Source: a virus. Taken from it: DNA of 64,000 bases. The position numbers and the translations under genes are program-made. Positions 1 to 9,331 of the stretch are shown in pieces (within the stretch, counting starts at the first letter, position 1; every line of letters begins with the position of its first letter). The notes beneath the pieces are model-generated. The model was not told where the DNA came from, did not search any database, and saw only the letters and a program-made list of their open reading frames with translations. The stretch is taken from IMG/VR virus record IMGVR_UViG_3300021420_000017, positions 32,001 through 96,000 of that record; one strand, written 5' to 3'.

Positions 1-1491
1 CCCGGCCGTCCGCTGGGCGACTCGATCTCCATCAACGCTCCGGTCGATGCAGAGAAGATGCGCAAGCTCGCCGCGCGGGGGATCCGACCCAACCTCGACC
101 TGGCCACGTTCAAGATCGAGCCCCGTGAGGCCACGGCCATGTCAGCTCGTGGTGGGGCTGGTTTCATGTTGGGCTTCGATGAGTTCGCTCACGTCAACAA
201 GTCGGTGTCGGCCAGCGATGCGGATGCGATCTATGGCTCGGCCAAGCCTTCGCTCGACCAGTTCAAGAAGGACGCCTTCATCGTTGAGCCCAGCTCGCCC
301 TGGGAGATGATCGGTCAGTTCTACATCAACTGGCAGCACGCGCAGGAGATCGACCCGGAGACGGGTCTGCCGACCTACCCCGAGATGTTGCTCCTCCAGC
401 TCGCCAGTTGGGAGATCTACTACGACTGGGACACCGCCGACGAGCTGCCCTTGTTCCCGGAGGAGTTCCTTGGCGACCTGGGTGAGTACGAGACCATCGA
501 CCCGCCTTCGCTCTACACCCAGCGCAATGACGATGGGGAGCCCATCCCGCCTCCGCAGGAGTATGACGAGGCGATGAAACGGGAAGAAAAGGGTAATCCT
601 GATACTTTCGCCGTGGAACGTCTCAGTCACTGGCAAACAACTCAAGACGCCTATTTAGACCGCGAGAAGATCGCAGAGATGTTCCAACCATTCGCCGGGC
701 AGCCCGCTCTGCAGATGACCACCAGAGGGGCGCTGGGGACTTACTACCTCGGGCACGCCGACCCCAGCACGGTGAACGACAATTTCGGCCTCGCGGTAGG
801 GCACACCGAGCGAGATCCGCTGACCGGCTTTCAGTGCGTCGTCTTCGATTACCTGCATCACTGGAACCCGGCCGACTGGCCTGATCACACCATCAACTAT
901 GTCGAGATCAACAAACAGCTCTGGGATATTATTAAGGGGTTTCCGGTCGACGTCTTCACCTTCGACCAGCATCAGAGTAAGTTCTTCATCGACGAGTTGA
1001 ATATGCGAGCGCGCAAGTCTCAACTGCCGAAGACACCGCGCATCGGGCTGAACACCCAGACCGCTCCGCGCAAGCTCAAGGTCGCAGAGAACTTCAAGAT
1101 TGCGTTGAATCAAGGGTGGGTAAAATCGCCCTTTTACGAACAAGCAGAACAAGAGCTACAATTTCTACAATTCAAAAATGGCAAGGTAGTACACCAGGAG
1201 CGCGGGCCGGTACAGCACGATGACGTGGCGAGCTGCATGTTCGAGGTGGTCTATGCCCTGCTGGGTAACCAGGTTAAGAGCTGGCGCGACGGGGACAACC
1301 TGATCCCCTTGACCGGAGCCGCCTCGGGCGGGATCCGGCCCTTCATGTCGCCCGGCACTGAGAACGACAACGCGATCATCAGTCAGTTCACCGAGCTGCG
1401 GAAGAGCCGGGGACAGAGCTATTCCCCTGCCCGGGGACCGCGCCCTGACTCGATGCGCCGACCGGGCCCCTCGGGCGGATTCCGCAGGTAG
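1..1491 (+). CDS. terL: Terminase large subunit, 3' part (frame open to the left window edge)
   Basis: Walker B-like GFMLGFDE; RNase H-like nuclease motifs HADPS..DNFG, FTFDQHQS, HDDVASC; no stop in bases 1-57 in this frame. Confidence 0.85.
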   Translation, partial: PGRPLGDSISINAPVDAEKMRKLAARGIRPNLDLATFKIEPREATAMSARGGAGFMLGFDEFAHVNKSVSASDADAIYGSAKPSLDQFKKDAFIVEPSSPWEMIGQFYINWQHAQEIDPETGLPTYPEMLLLQLASWEIYYDWDTADELPLFPEEFLGDLGEYETIDPPSLYTQRNDDGEPIPPPQEYDEAMKREEKGNPDTFAVERLSHWQTTQDAYLDREKIAEMFQPFAGQPALQMTTRGALGTYYLGHADPSTVNDNFGLAVGHTERDPLTGFQCVVFDYLHHWNPADWPDHTINYVEINKQLWDIIKGFPVDVFTFDQHQSKFFIDELNMRARKSQLPKTPRIGLNTQTAPRKLKVAENFKIALNQGWVKSPFYEQAEQELQFLQFKNGKVVHQERGPVQHDDVASCMFEVVYALLGNQVKSWRDGDNLIPLTGAASGGIRPFMSPGTENDNAIISQFTELRKSRGQSYSPARGPRPDSMRRPGPSGGFRR

Positions 1492-1516
1492 AGCGATCTT
1501 AAGGGAGAATCAAGGA

Positions 1517-1744
1517 ATGAAGATCATGATGATAGTGGCACCCTCTGAGGCGGAGTATGAGGTCGGCACTCAGCGCGTTATTGAGCAGTTGGAAAATGTT
1601 CTCCCGGTGGTTGATTTGACATTAGTTAGGGCAGATTTTGCAGATATATGTAGTCGAAAATCAGTACATATCTTGCTAGATGCCCTGCTTGATGCGGCGA
1701 ATGAAGATTGCGCGCGGCGAGGACTGACCGCAGATCTGGTCTGA
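1517..1744 (+). CDS. Hypothetical protein (75 aa, low GC)
   Basis: ORF with AAGGA SD. Confidence 0.6.
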   Translation: MKIMMIVAPSEAEYEVGTQRVIEQLENVLPVVDLTLVRADFADICSRKSVHILLDALLDAANEDCARRGLTADLV

Positions 1745-1758
1745 TATTCCTGTCGCTG

Positions 1759-1791
1759 GTTACTCGACCGGCGTCTGGATAGCGTTCTGGC
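1759..1791 (+). promoter_or_regulatory. SigA-like promoter for a leaderless transcript of the 1792 gene
   Basis: TGGTTA-CTCG, 17-bp spacer, TAGCGT, ATG 6 nt downstream. Confidence 0.45.
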
Positions 1792-2262
1792 ATGGATGAC
1801 AACGAAGACATCGACTATGCCGTTGAGCTGCGCCGCCTCGGGGCCAAAGACCCACTGCGCCCGATGCGGGCTCGATGGTTTCTCGATGCAGACGGTTCGA
1901 ATCGTGCGCCCGTCCTGAACATCTACCCGCCCGATGGTGGGTCGATTGTGCGCACTCTGGGAGTCGGGGTGAACTTTCTTGGCCTGTGGAAGGAGCCGCA
2001 GGTCAACTACTATTTTGACAGCAACGAGATCGGCAAGACGTGGGAGCAGATCGCGGCGCATGCCTATGGCCAGGTGCTGCGCCAGCGAGCACTGGCCGAA
2101 CGACTAGGCCGGGTCGGAATCAGGCGCGAGCCCGAGCCCTACATCCTGGATGGCACTGAGCCCAACTCGGTCAAGCGCAGCATGGTGCTGAACTTCGATG
2201 AGCTGGATATGCTCTTGGACCTGGCCAAGGTGCCGCAGAGCGATCTCGACCTCTTGAAGTAG
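1792..2262 (+). CDS. Hypothetical protein (156 aa)
   Basis: ORF with high GC3 codon pattern. Confidence 0.75.
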   Translation: MDDNEDIDYAVELRRLGAKDPLRPMRARWFLDADGSNRAPVLNIYPPDGGSIVRTLGVGVNFLGLWKEPQVNYYFDSNEIGKTWEQIAAHAYGQVLRQRALAERLGRVGIRREPEPYILDGTEPNSVKRSMVLNFDELDMLLDLAKVPQSDLDLLK

Positions 2263-2266
2263 TGAG
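2255..2266 (+). promoter_or_regulatory. Putative late-promoter motif TGAAGTAGTGA
   Basis: Same motif at 48928 and 60849, each upstream of a virion-type gene. Confidence 0.55.
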
Positions 2267-2372
2267 AGGTCTTCCCGCGCCGGGCCGACCCCAGGACCCG
2301 ACCGCAGCGCGACCTGATCAGAGGCACCCGGCGCGGGAGCCCGTTCTGTCTAGTCCGCCCGGGAGGGATCTA

Positions 2373-5300
2373 GTGGTAAGAATCGAGCCTGCTCCGTCTC
2401 CTCAGCGAGTCCCGGGTGAGAGCACTGAGCACTTCCTCATGCGGCAAGCCAACTGGAAGCTGGATCGGGATTCCTTCCGGCGCCTGGCTGGATGGGAGGA
2501 CGAGAATGACGCTGACGACGGCCGGATGCAGCACAGACCGGCCGACCGGGATGGCACGCCGATCCACGATATGACCCATAACTTTCCATCCGATATCTAC
2601 ACACATCCGCACTACTACTCAGACATGACTGAGCCTTCCAATCAGAAGGCCCATGACGTCATTAATCGGGTGCGCGGCAATCCTGAGGCCAACGTGCACA
2701 TCTACCGGTCACTGCCCGCCGAGCATGCCCACCAGGGGTTCCGGCCAGGCGACTGGGTCTCGACCTCCAAGGACTATGCCAGGCAGCACGGCACCCACGC
2801 CAGCGACCCAAAACACGACTGGCCGGTCATCCACACCGTGGTCAAGGCCAAGGATCTGCACACCGACGGCGACGACTTCCGCGAGTTTGGCTACAACGGC
2901 GATGAGCGCAAGCCGGGCAACGTTGCCTTCAAGGGCGGCTACCACCAGGAGGTGCGTGATCATCCCGATGGTGGTGTGGTGCCGGTAGTGCATCGGGGTC
3001 CGACCCCGACGAAGGGATACACCTTCCGTAACAGCCAGCAGTCCTGGGATGGCAGCGCTGGCAGCGCTGGTCACATCACGGCCTATGCTCCCGATGAGTC
3101 CTACGCCGGGCATGCTACCTACTGGCACGGTAAGCCCGACGAGACGCACATCGACCCTGACCACCAGCATTTGGCCGATGAGCTGACCGAGCGCATGCAC
3201 AGGATGATCCCGAAGTTCCGGGAGGCATCTTTGCAGGTAGAGGCTGTCCCGGCTCCACAGAGAGCGCCTGGGGAGAGTATCGAGCACCTGCGCGCCAGGC
3301 ATGCCAACTGGCGGCTCGACCAGTGGGCGCTCCAGATGCTGGCTGGAGCGGACAAGATCGAGCACCCCTACCTGCAGGTGCTGGATCACGAACTGGAAGA
3401 TCTGGATGACGAGGGACTGTCAGCGCAGGCCGTCCAGGTGCCGCCAGCGGGCCTGAGTTTCACCCACGACGACATGGAGACTGGCGGCTCTAAGCATCCG
3501 ATCAGAACCCATCTGCGGGCGCATACGCCGGAGGACGGTCAGGTCGGCGCGCTCATCTATTACCCACCCAGGCGCCGCAATGGCGTGGTGACGATCCACA
3601 ACTTGCATGTTGAGCCAGATCAGCGGCGCCGGGGGATCGGTAGCGCGCTGATGGATGAGGTTCAGCGTCGCCACCCGGATTCGACCCTAGATCATGGAGA
3701 TAGGACCGCAAACGGGGAGGATTGGTGGGAAGGCTATACAGACGGCAAGACGGTGCGTCGGGGTCGCACGGCTTTGCTGGAGAGGGTCGAGAAGTTGGGT
3801 CCGATCATTCCGGTCGCGGGTGTTTTGGAAGGGTCAAGCACCCCCTACGACGCGACGTATCAGACCCCCGACGATCTGCATTATCTCCATCGAGATCCCC
3901 AAGGCGTGTACTCGCGCACGAAGGCTGGCCGATTGAGTGGATTTCTGAACTGGAACAGCCAGGGCGAGGTCGGATCCGTTCAGGTCCACCCGGATTACCG
4001 TCGACATGGGCTTGCGAGCGCTCTCTGGGAGCACGCCAAGATGGCCGAACCTAACTTGCACCACTCGACCACTTTGTCCAATGACGGTGCGGCCTGGGCC
4101 GAGAAGACTGCCGGGGCCGAAGGCGCTAATTACGCTAATATTCGTTTTCAGAAGGAGGATGGAGATTCTCATAACGAGTACTCTTTGTTTGCGGTGCATC
4201 CAGATCATGGGGATGTAGGGTATTTAAGGTACAGCGATGGAGGGGATCCTGCCGCTCAGGTTCAGGTTCACATGATGAGGGTGCGTCCTCAGCACCGACG
4301 CAGGGGCGTCGGTAGTGCGTTGATGGATGAGTTGCAGCGGCGATATCCCGGCGCTTCGATTGATCACGGTGACAGGACCGCCAACGGGGATGACTGGTGG
4401 GCTGGCTACTCCGACGGTAAGACGGTGCGCCGAGGTCGGACGGCTGCCGTGTCTCAGACCCACTGGCACGTCAGTGACAGTCGCAATCGGGACTCGATCG
4501 CCGAGCATGGGTTGGATCTTGCGCACAGCTCCGACGGTCAGCACATTTGGCTGCACGGAGATGAGGACGAGGCCCGCCAGTACCAGCAGATGGGCGCGAC
4601 TCGCGACATGCACGGCACTCCTGTGACCAAGGATCTCTACCGCGTCGACACCACCGGCTACCGGACTTCCAAGGAGCCGCACGGGGTCGCCGATATCGGC
4701 CAGAGGGTGGTCAAGCGATCCATCCCGCCCGAGCGCATTGAGCGCATCGAGTCGTCACTTGTTACTCGATCCCTTCTAGTGGAGAATGTTGTCTATGAGC
4801 ACCCACGGATCGATCCAGAAGTACTCCGCCGAGGATCTGGAGTCGGCTCGGTTGAACGGCATGTCGCCCGAGGAGCACGCGAAGATCCTCGACCGGATCA
4901 GCTACTTCGACACGCCGCATCCGGAGAGTGTGTGTCCTCCGCACATTTCTTCCCGGGAATGGCACGCGATGCAGCGGGCAGCCAGCAAGGCGCCACAGAG
5001 CCTCTGAGTTACGATCCACATCCGCAGATTGCCAGTGATCTTCGATTGCTGCCGGATCGGGTGCAGGATGCATTTCACGACCGCGTGGACGGGCTGCGTA
5101 GCGGCGAGCGGCATCCGTCAACTCATCCGCTTAAGGGCAAGCTTCAGGGCGGTTGGCATGGGACGTCGATCGGCGGGAATCAGTATCGGATGATCCATAG
5201 GGTGCGCGACGGGGTGTTGCAGGTGTCGGCCGCCGGTGCTCATGACGACGCTTACAACAACGCGATCAAGCGGCAGAAGGGTACTAACTCCTACTTCGGT

Positions 5301-8159
5301 AGTTGGATCGCCAGTGTCAATAGTCGATGGCGCGAGGGTCAGCGAAAGCGATGCCCCTGTGGGTTGATGGCCGAGTTCGATCCGCTTGATGGCTGGCAAC
5401 ACTTGGATGGGTCGATCAGCCACGAGGACGGTGGCGAGTCCGTCTCGCAGAGGATGTCTTGTACTGCCTGCTCCGGCACTGGCGAGCAGGGAACTGGGCA
5501 TGAGTGCTATCAATGTGATGGCACGGGGCTGCGCGAATATCAGAACCCATCAGTCGACAATGCCAATTCAGAAAATGAGCTGCTGGTGGGACGCGACGAT
5601 GGCAACGGCATCAAGCCCGTACTTGCAGCTCGATTTACTCCGGACCAAAGGGTGTTCACCCATACAGATGGCCTAGACCATCGCCTGTTCGACCAGGATG
5701 GACATCTTCGCCCCGAGGTGCGCAGCTACATCATGGGCTCGATCGAGCAGTTCTGGCGAGGTCGCTATCGTGACTGGGCGCACTGGGCGAAGGTCTACTT
5801 TGCTGGCTCAGAGGCTTCCATGTGGACGTCTCCGACACTAGAGGGCAACTCAGATTTCGATGTCCTCGTCGGCGTGGAGTATGACCGGTTCCGTGCGGCT
5901 AATCCGCAGTACGCCGATCTGAGCGACGCCGAGATCTCGGCTCAGATGAACCACGAGTTCGGGGCCGGGCTGAATAACTCCGAGACCTACATCACGGTCG
6001 ACGGAGTGTCTACGGGACCCTGGTCGCGCACGACCTACGTGAACGAAGATTCGTACGATATTAAGCGCATTAAGCCATATGCAGCCTATGATGTCGGCAA
6101 TGACCGCTGGGTCGTCAAGCCACCGGACCTGCCGCACTGGTCAGTCGATGACCTCCCCAAGCCCGTGGTGGCTGAGCTGCGTGCGGTTGAGGCCTACGCG
6201 AAGGCCGTGCTGAAGCTCCCCGAGCCAATGCGTACTCAGCAGGGTGCAGCGCTGTTCGAGCACCTGCACTCTGATCGGTCACGAGCCTTTAGCGATAGAG
6301 GAGAGGGCTGGATCGACCCCGGGAATCTCGCCGAGAAGTGGCTGGATATGGGTGGCTGGTGGGCTGAGCTGGTCGACTGTGCCCACCGAGCCAAGGAAGG
6401 GCTCGACCTCGCTCCCGCTGACTGGTCGAACACGCCGCCCGGCTATACCGCATCTGCTAGCAGTTTGCAGATCACTCATAAGTCTGAGACAAATCCTGAT
6501 GCCGATCCTGATGATGAATATGATAAAGATTGGGTGTTGCATACCATCGTTGGTCATGTGAATGGTCAACAAGTGGGGAAGTTAGAAGTTGATAAGCATC
6601 CTTCCGAGGCGCGAGGCGTCGTATCAGACATAGCTATTCATCCGGATCATCGACGCAAGGGATACGCCACTGCGCTATTGCAACATGCTCGCGAACATCT
6701 GGGTTTCCCGATCGATCATTCAGAGCGACTTACCGATGACGGTAAAGCCTGGTCGGATAAGGTCGGCCATATGGTTAAGTTGCCCAAGACCGAGACCTGT
6801 AAGTACTGCGATCAGCCCGCAACCGGGCGCGTGATCTGGGCAGAGGGTATGGCGTACATCCCAGTTTGTGACGAACATGAGCGGCGTGCGATCGACCATG
6901 TCGGCGACGACTATTGCAACACTCGGCCGATCCCGAAGACTGCGGTGCATCATCAGGCGATGCCATGGCATGAGCAGCGCGGGGGTGAGTCGGCCGAGGA
7001 GGTCGGAGCCAAGTCGGTGCGTCATGCGGGTTTCAAGGGATTTGTTGGGCCGAGTTATGACGATGAAAGCTACGGCGAGACTCACCATGATGGCGAGTTC
7101 GATGAGGATGCTTGGGATCGAGCTGCACCAGAGCCGACTTCGGCAGAGCATGCTCATTATGAACAGCATGACGAGTATCCAGATACTTATCACGAACGTC
7201 ATGAGCAGGCATATGGCCATGAGATCGACAAGAAGCGCCAGGAGGATGTGCCCGATCACGAGGACGACCACTTGCACCACTTCATCAGCGAGCACGGGGC
7301 TGAAGCCCCCGTGTGGACTAAGCACAGCAAGCAGCCAGTCCGAGTTGATCTGACCAAGGGTGTCTATGCGACCCAGAGCCATGTCGGGCAGAAACATATC
7401 GATCGATATTTGGCTGACCCGCATGATCAGGCCTGGCATTTGCAGTCGCATCCTGGCGCAGATAGTGATGGATACCTTGGTAACGGGCACCCGATGTTCG
7501 TCACCCATGAGGGGCGACTTCATGTCACAGAGGGGCATCACCGGGTCGCGGCTGCTCTCCAGCGAGGCGATTCTTCGATCGAGGGCTGGCATCACGATCT
7601 GGACAAGCACCCGATCGCGGAGAACTACCACACCCACGAGCCATGCGAGGACTGTCAGTATCACGCCAGCGGAGACGAGGAGAAGCGCCATTTTGCCTGG
7701 CGTCACATGGGGCTCAGGCGAGACGATCTTTACGGCACGGGCGACGTAGATAAGCTCTTCCACGGCAGCCCGACCACTTCGGCGCCCTTCACCCCTGCTG
7801 GCCGCTCCAAGCGCTATCACGACTATGACAAGGATCTGGTCGCGCAGGCGATCTCACACCCGGAGGATCACCACATGCAGGATGTGGATCCGCGCGAACT
7901 GCGTAGTACCCAGCCCAGCGTGATCCGGGCTGGAGTAAGCCATTACCTCACTGATAAGTACGACAAGACCGGGGAGACGTATGCAGACATGCACCATCCC
8001 GGCAATCGGCGGCCGATCGTCTATCACCGTGAGGCAGATGACAACAAGATCCTTCTGAGTGGACACCACCGTGCCGCTGCTGCTCTACTACAGGGTAAAC
8101 CACTTCAAGCGATCGTCGTGCGAGGCGGTTACGGAGAGCCGAGAGGAGGCACCTCATGA
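2373..8159 (+). CDS. Giant polyvalent protein (~1928 aa): ART, 4x GNAT, ART-like, RelE-like, Zn fingers, Pol-beta NTase, 2x ParB/Srx-like
   Basis: GGAGG SD at 2362 favours GTG 2373 over 2262. Motifs: IYR..STS..REF; HPDYRRHGLAS/QRRRGIGS/HRRRGVGS/HRRKGYAT; GSEAS..DFDV; EGHHR and SGHHR; CxxCxGxG. Confidence 0.9.
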   Translation: MVRIEPAPSPQRVPGESTEHFLMRQANWKLDRDSFRRLAGWEDENDADDGRMQHRPADRDGTPIHDMTHNFPSDIYTHPHYYSDMTEPSNQKAHDVINRVRGNPEANVHIYRSLPAEHAHQGFRPGDWVSTSKDYARQHGTHASDPKHDWPVIHTVVKAKDLHTDGDDFREFGYNGDERKPGNVAFKGGYHQEVRDHPDGGVVPVVHRGPTPTKGYTFRNSQQSWDGSAGSAGHITAYAPDESYAGHATYWHGKPDETHIDPDHQHLADELTERMHRMIPKFREASLQVEAVPAPQRAPGESIEHLRARHANWRLDQWALQMLAGADKIEHPYLQVLDHELEDLDDEGLSAQAVQVPPAGLSFTHDDMETGGSKHPIRTHLRAHTPEDGQVGALIYYPPRRRNGVVTIHNLHVEPDQRRRGIGSALMDEVQRRHPDSTLDHGDRTANGEDWWEGYTDGKTVRRGRTALLERVEKLGPIIPVAGVLEGSSTPYDATYQTPDDLHYLHRDPQGVYSRTKAGRLSGFLNWNSQGEVGSVQVHPDYRRHGLASALWEHAKMAEPNLHHSTTLSNDGAAWAEKTAGAEGANYANIRFQKEDGDSHNEYSLFAVHPDHGDVGYLRYSDGGDPAAQVQVHMMRVRPQHRRRGVGSALMDELQRRYPGASIDHGDRTANGDDWWAGYSDGKTVRRGRTAAVSQTHWHVSDSRNRDSIAEHGLDLAHSSDGQHIWLHGDEDEARQYQQMGATRDMHGTPVTKDLYRVDTTGYRTSKEPHGVADIGQRVVKRSIPPERIERIESSLVTRSLLVENVVYEHPRIDPEVLRRGSGVGSVERHVARGAREDPRPDQLLRHAASGECVSSAHFFPGMARDAAGSQQGATEPLSYDPHPQIASDLRLLPDRVQDAFHDRVDGLRSGERHPSTHPLKGKLQGGWHGTSIGGNQYRMIHRVRDGVLQVSAAGAHDDAYNNAIKRQKGTNSYFGSWIASVNSRWREGQRKRCPCGLMAEFDPLDGWQHLDGSISHEDGGESVSQRMSCTACSGTGEQGTGHECYQCDGTGLREYQNPSVDNANSENELLVGRDDGNGIKPVLAARFTPDQRVFTHTDGLDHRLFDQDGHLRPEVRSYIMGSIEQFWRGRYRDWAHWAKVYFAGSEASMWTSPTLEGNSDFDVLVGVEYDRFRAANPQYADLSDAEISAQMNHEFGAGLNNSETYITVDGVSTGPWSRTTYVNEDSYDIKRIKPYAAYDVGNDRWVVKPPDLPHWSVDDLPKPVVAELRAVEAYAKAVLKLPEPMRTQQGAALFEHLHSDRSRAFSDRGEGWIDPGNLAEKWLDMGGWWAELVDCAHRAKEGLDLAPADWSNTPPGYTASASSLQITHKSETNPDADPDDEYDKDWVLHTIVGHVNGQQVGKLEVDKHPSEARGVVSDIAIHPDHRRKGYATALLQHAREHLGFPIDHSERLTDDGKAWSDKVGHMVKLPKTETCKYCDQPATGRVIWAEGMAYIPVCDEHERRAIDHVGDDYCNTRPIPKTAVHHQAMPWHEQRGGESAEEVGAKSVRHAGFKGFVGPSYDDESYGETHHDGEFDEDAWDRAAPEPTSAEHAHYEQHDEYPDTYHERHEQAYGHEIDKKRQEDVPDHEDDHLHHFISEHGAEAPVWTKHSKQPVRVDLTKGVYATQSHVGQKHIDRYLADPHDQAWHLQSHPGADSDGYLGNGHPMFVTHEGRLHVTEGHHRVAAALQRGDSSIEGWHHDLDKHPIAENYHTHEPCEDCQYHASGDEEKRHFAWRHMGLRRDDLYGTGDVDKLFHGSPTTSAPFTPAGRSKRYHDYDKDLVAQAISHPEDHHMQDVDPRELRSTQPSVIRAGVSHYLTDKYDKTGETYADMHHPGNRRPIVYHREADDNKILLSGHHRAAAALLQGKPLQAIVVRGGYGEPRGGTS
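4795..5007 (+). CDS. Nested 70-aa ORF in the +1 frame of the giant gene; candidate antitoxin
   Basis: GGAG SD at 4781; TGA overlaps the start of the RelE-like domain; the main-frame translation here looks non-protein-like. Confidence 0.55.
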   Translation: MSTHGSIQKYSAEDLESARLNGMSPEEHAKILDRISYFDTPHPESVCPPHISSREWHAMQRAASKAPQSL

Positions 8160-8395
8160 GTACGAGCTGGTGGATCACCCCTACCCTTATGCTCGGGGCA
8201 CTCCCGGCCAAGATCTACCGCGCCAAGCGTGTGAGCAGTCCTGATGAGGCCCTGTCGGCCGTCCAGGCGGGTTATACCGCAGTGCTGCCTGACGGGGCCT
8301 GGGAGGCCGCGACGCGCGTCCTGCTCGATCTGGGGCTCTCGCGCCACGATGCCGAGGATCGGATCCGCTTCGCTCGTACCGGAGCGACCGCGTGA
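8156..8395 (+). CDS. Hypothetical protein (79 aa)
   Basis: ATGA overlap with upstream stop; GGAGG SD. Confidence 0.7.
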   Translation: MSTSWWITPTLMLGALPAKIYRAKRVSSPDEALSAVQAGYTAVLPDGAWEAATRVLLDLGLSRHDAEDRIRFARTGATA

Positions 8396-8658
8396 GAGAG
8401 TCCTGCGCGATCGTGAGCGTGCGCATTCCGGATGGCCAGATGGAGTCCGTGCGCAGACAGGCGGCCCAAGTCGGGCTCAGTGTGTCGGCCTACATCCGGG
8501 ACATGCTGGTACCCGTCGCGCCGGTGCGTACCTATCAGAATGGCTCTGTCTGGATGAGCGGCCCGTTCCTGGAGCCGCCCATGATCAATGGGGAGCCCTT
8601 GAAAGAGATTGAGTCTGTGAGAGCGGGGTTGAGATGGGGCGTGCCTATCTTGACCTAG
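8392..8658 (+). CDS. Ribbon-helix-helix (CopG-like) DNA-binding protein
   Basis: IVSVRIPD..MESVRRQAAQVGLSVSAYIRDML. Confidence 0.65.
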   Translation: MRESCAIVSVRIPDGQMESVRRQAAQVGLSVSAYIRDMLVPVAPVRTYQNGSVWMSGPFLEPPMINGEPLKEIESVRAGLRWGVPILT

Positions 8659-8837
8659 TCGATGTTTCCGAGGTCGCAGATCTGCTCGGGATGAGTCGTC
8701 AGCGCGTGCACCAGATGTGTCTCGCAGAGACCGTGCCGACCCCAGCGGGCTATGTCGGGGCTCGACGGCAACGGGTATGGTATCGCGCTGACATCCTTGC
8801 ATGGCTGGAGCGCCGAGCTGTCGATCGCGTGAGCTAG
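8634..8837 (+). CDS. AlpA/excisionase-like HTH protein
   Basis: LVDVSEVADLLGMSRQRVHQM..P.P....RVWYRADILAW. Confidence 0.75.
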   Translation: MGRAYLDLVDVSEVADLLGMSRQRVHQMCLAETVPTPAGYVGARRQRVWYRADILAWLERRAVDRVS

Positions 8838-8917
8838 AATCTTGGTTGATCGCACGCAGGCGCAAATCTGGTGCGCAGTCACTCCCTCTGTTCCCCCGAG
8901 TAGCCGGAGGCTGCCGC

Positions 8918-9331
8918 ATGTCCCCCGCCCGATTGAACCCTGAGACCGGCCGCAATGAGTACGCGGCAGCCCAGGTCCAGGCCCGCTTCTACGTCCACAA
9001 CGTGAGCCACACTGCAGTCCCGAACGGCAAGAACAATGGCCCCGTCGAGTTGTATCCCACCACGCGCGGCCGGGAGAACAAGACCTGGGCGCAGGCCACC
9101 CCGAGCGGCAACATCAAGCTCACGATCAACGGCAACGCGCTGGAGTGGTTCATGGACCGCCTCGGCAAGGACGTCGCGATCACCTTCGAGGACCGGCCGC
9201 TGATCTGCGCCAAGTGCAAGGGTGAGCTGAGCGGCGACCAGTACGGCAGCACGACCGAGCCCGTGCCCGGCACCGACGGCACGCAGTGGCAGCACCGAGC
9301 CGGATTGTGCTCAGGGAGCGGCAACGCCTGA
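8918..9331 (+). CDS. Phage hypothetical protein (137 aa)
   Basis: GGAGG SD before ATG 8918; strong GC3. Confidence 0.75.
   Translation: MSPARLNPETGRNEYAAAQVQARFYVHNVSHTAVPNGKNNGPVELYPTTRGRENKTWAQATPSGNIKLTINGNALEWFMDRLGKDVAITFEDRPLICAKCKGELSGDQYGSTTEPVPGTDGTQWQHRAGLCSGSGNA

Noticed and set aside
2262-2372. Track start of the giant ORF at 2262
   Set aside because: It overlaps the late-promoter motif and lacks an SD; GTG 2373 has GGAGG and begins with the repeated module.
8634-8837. Integration/excision module (prophage evidence)
   Set aside because: Only an AlpA-like HTH is present; no integrase, att site or host genes are in the window.
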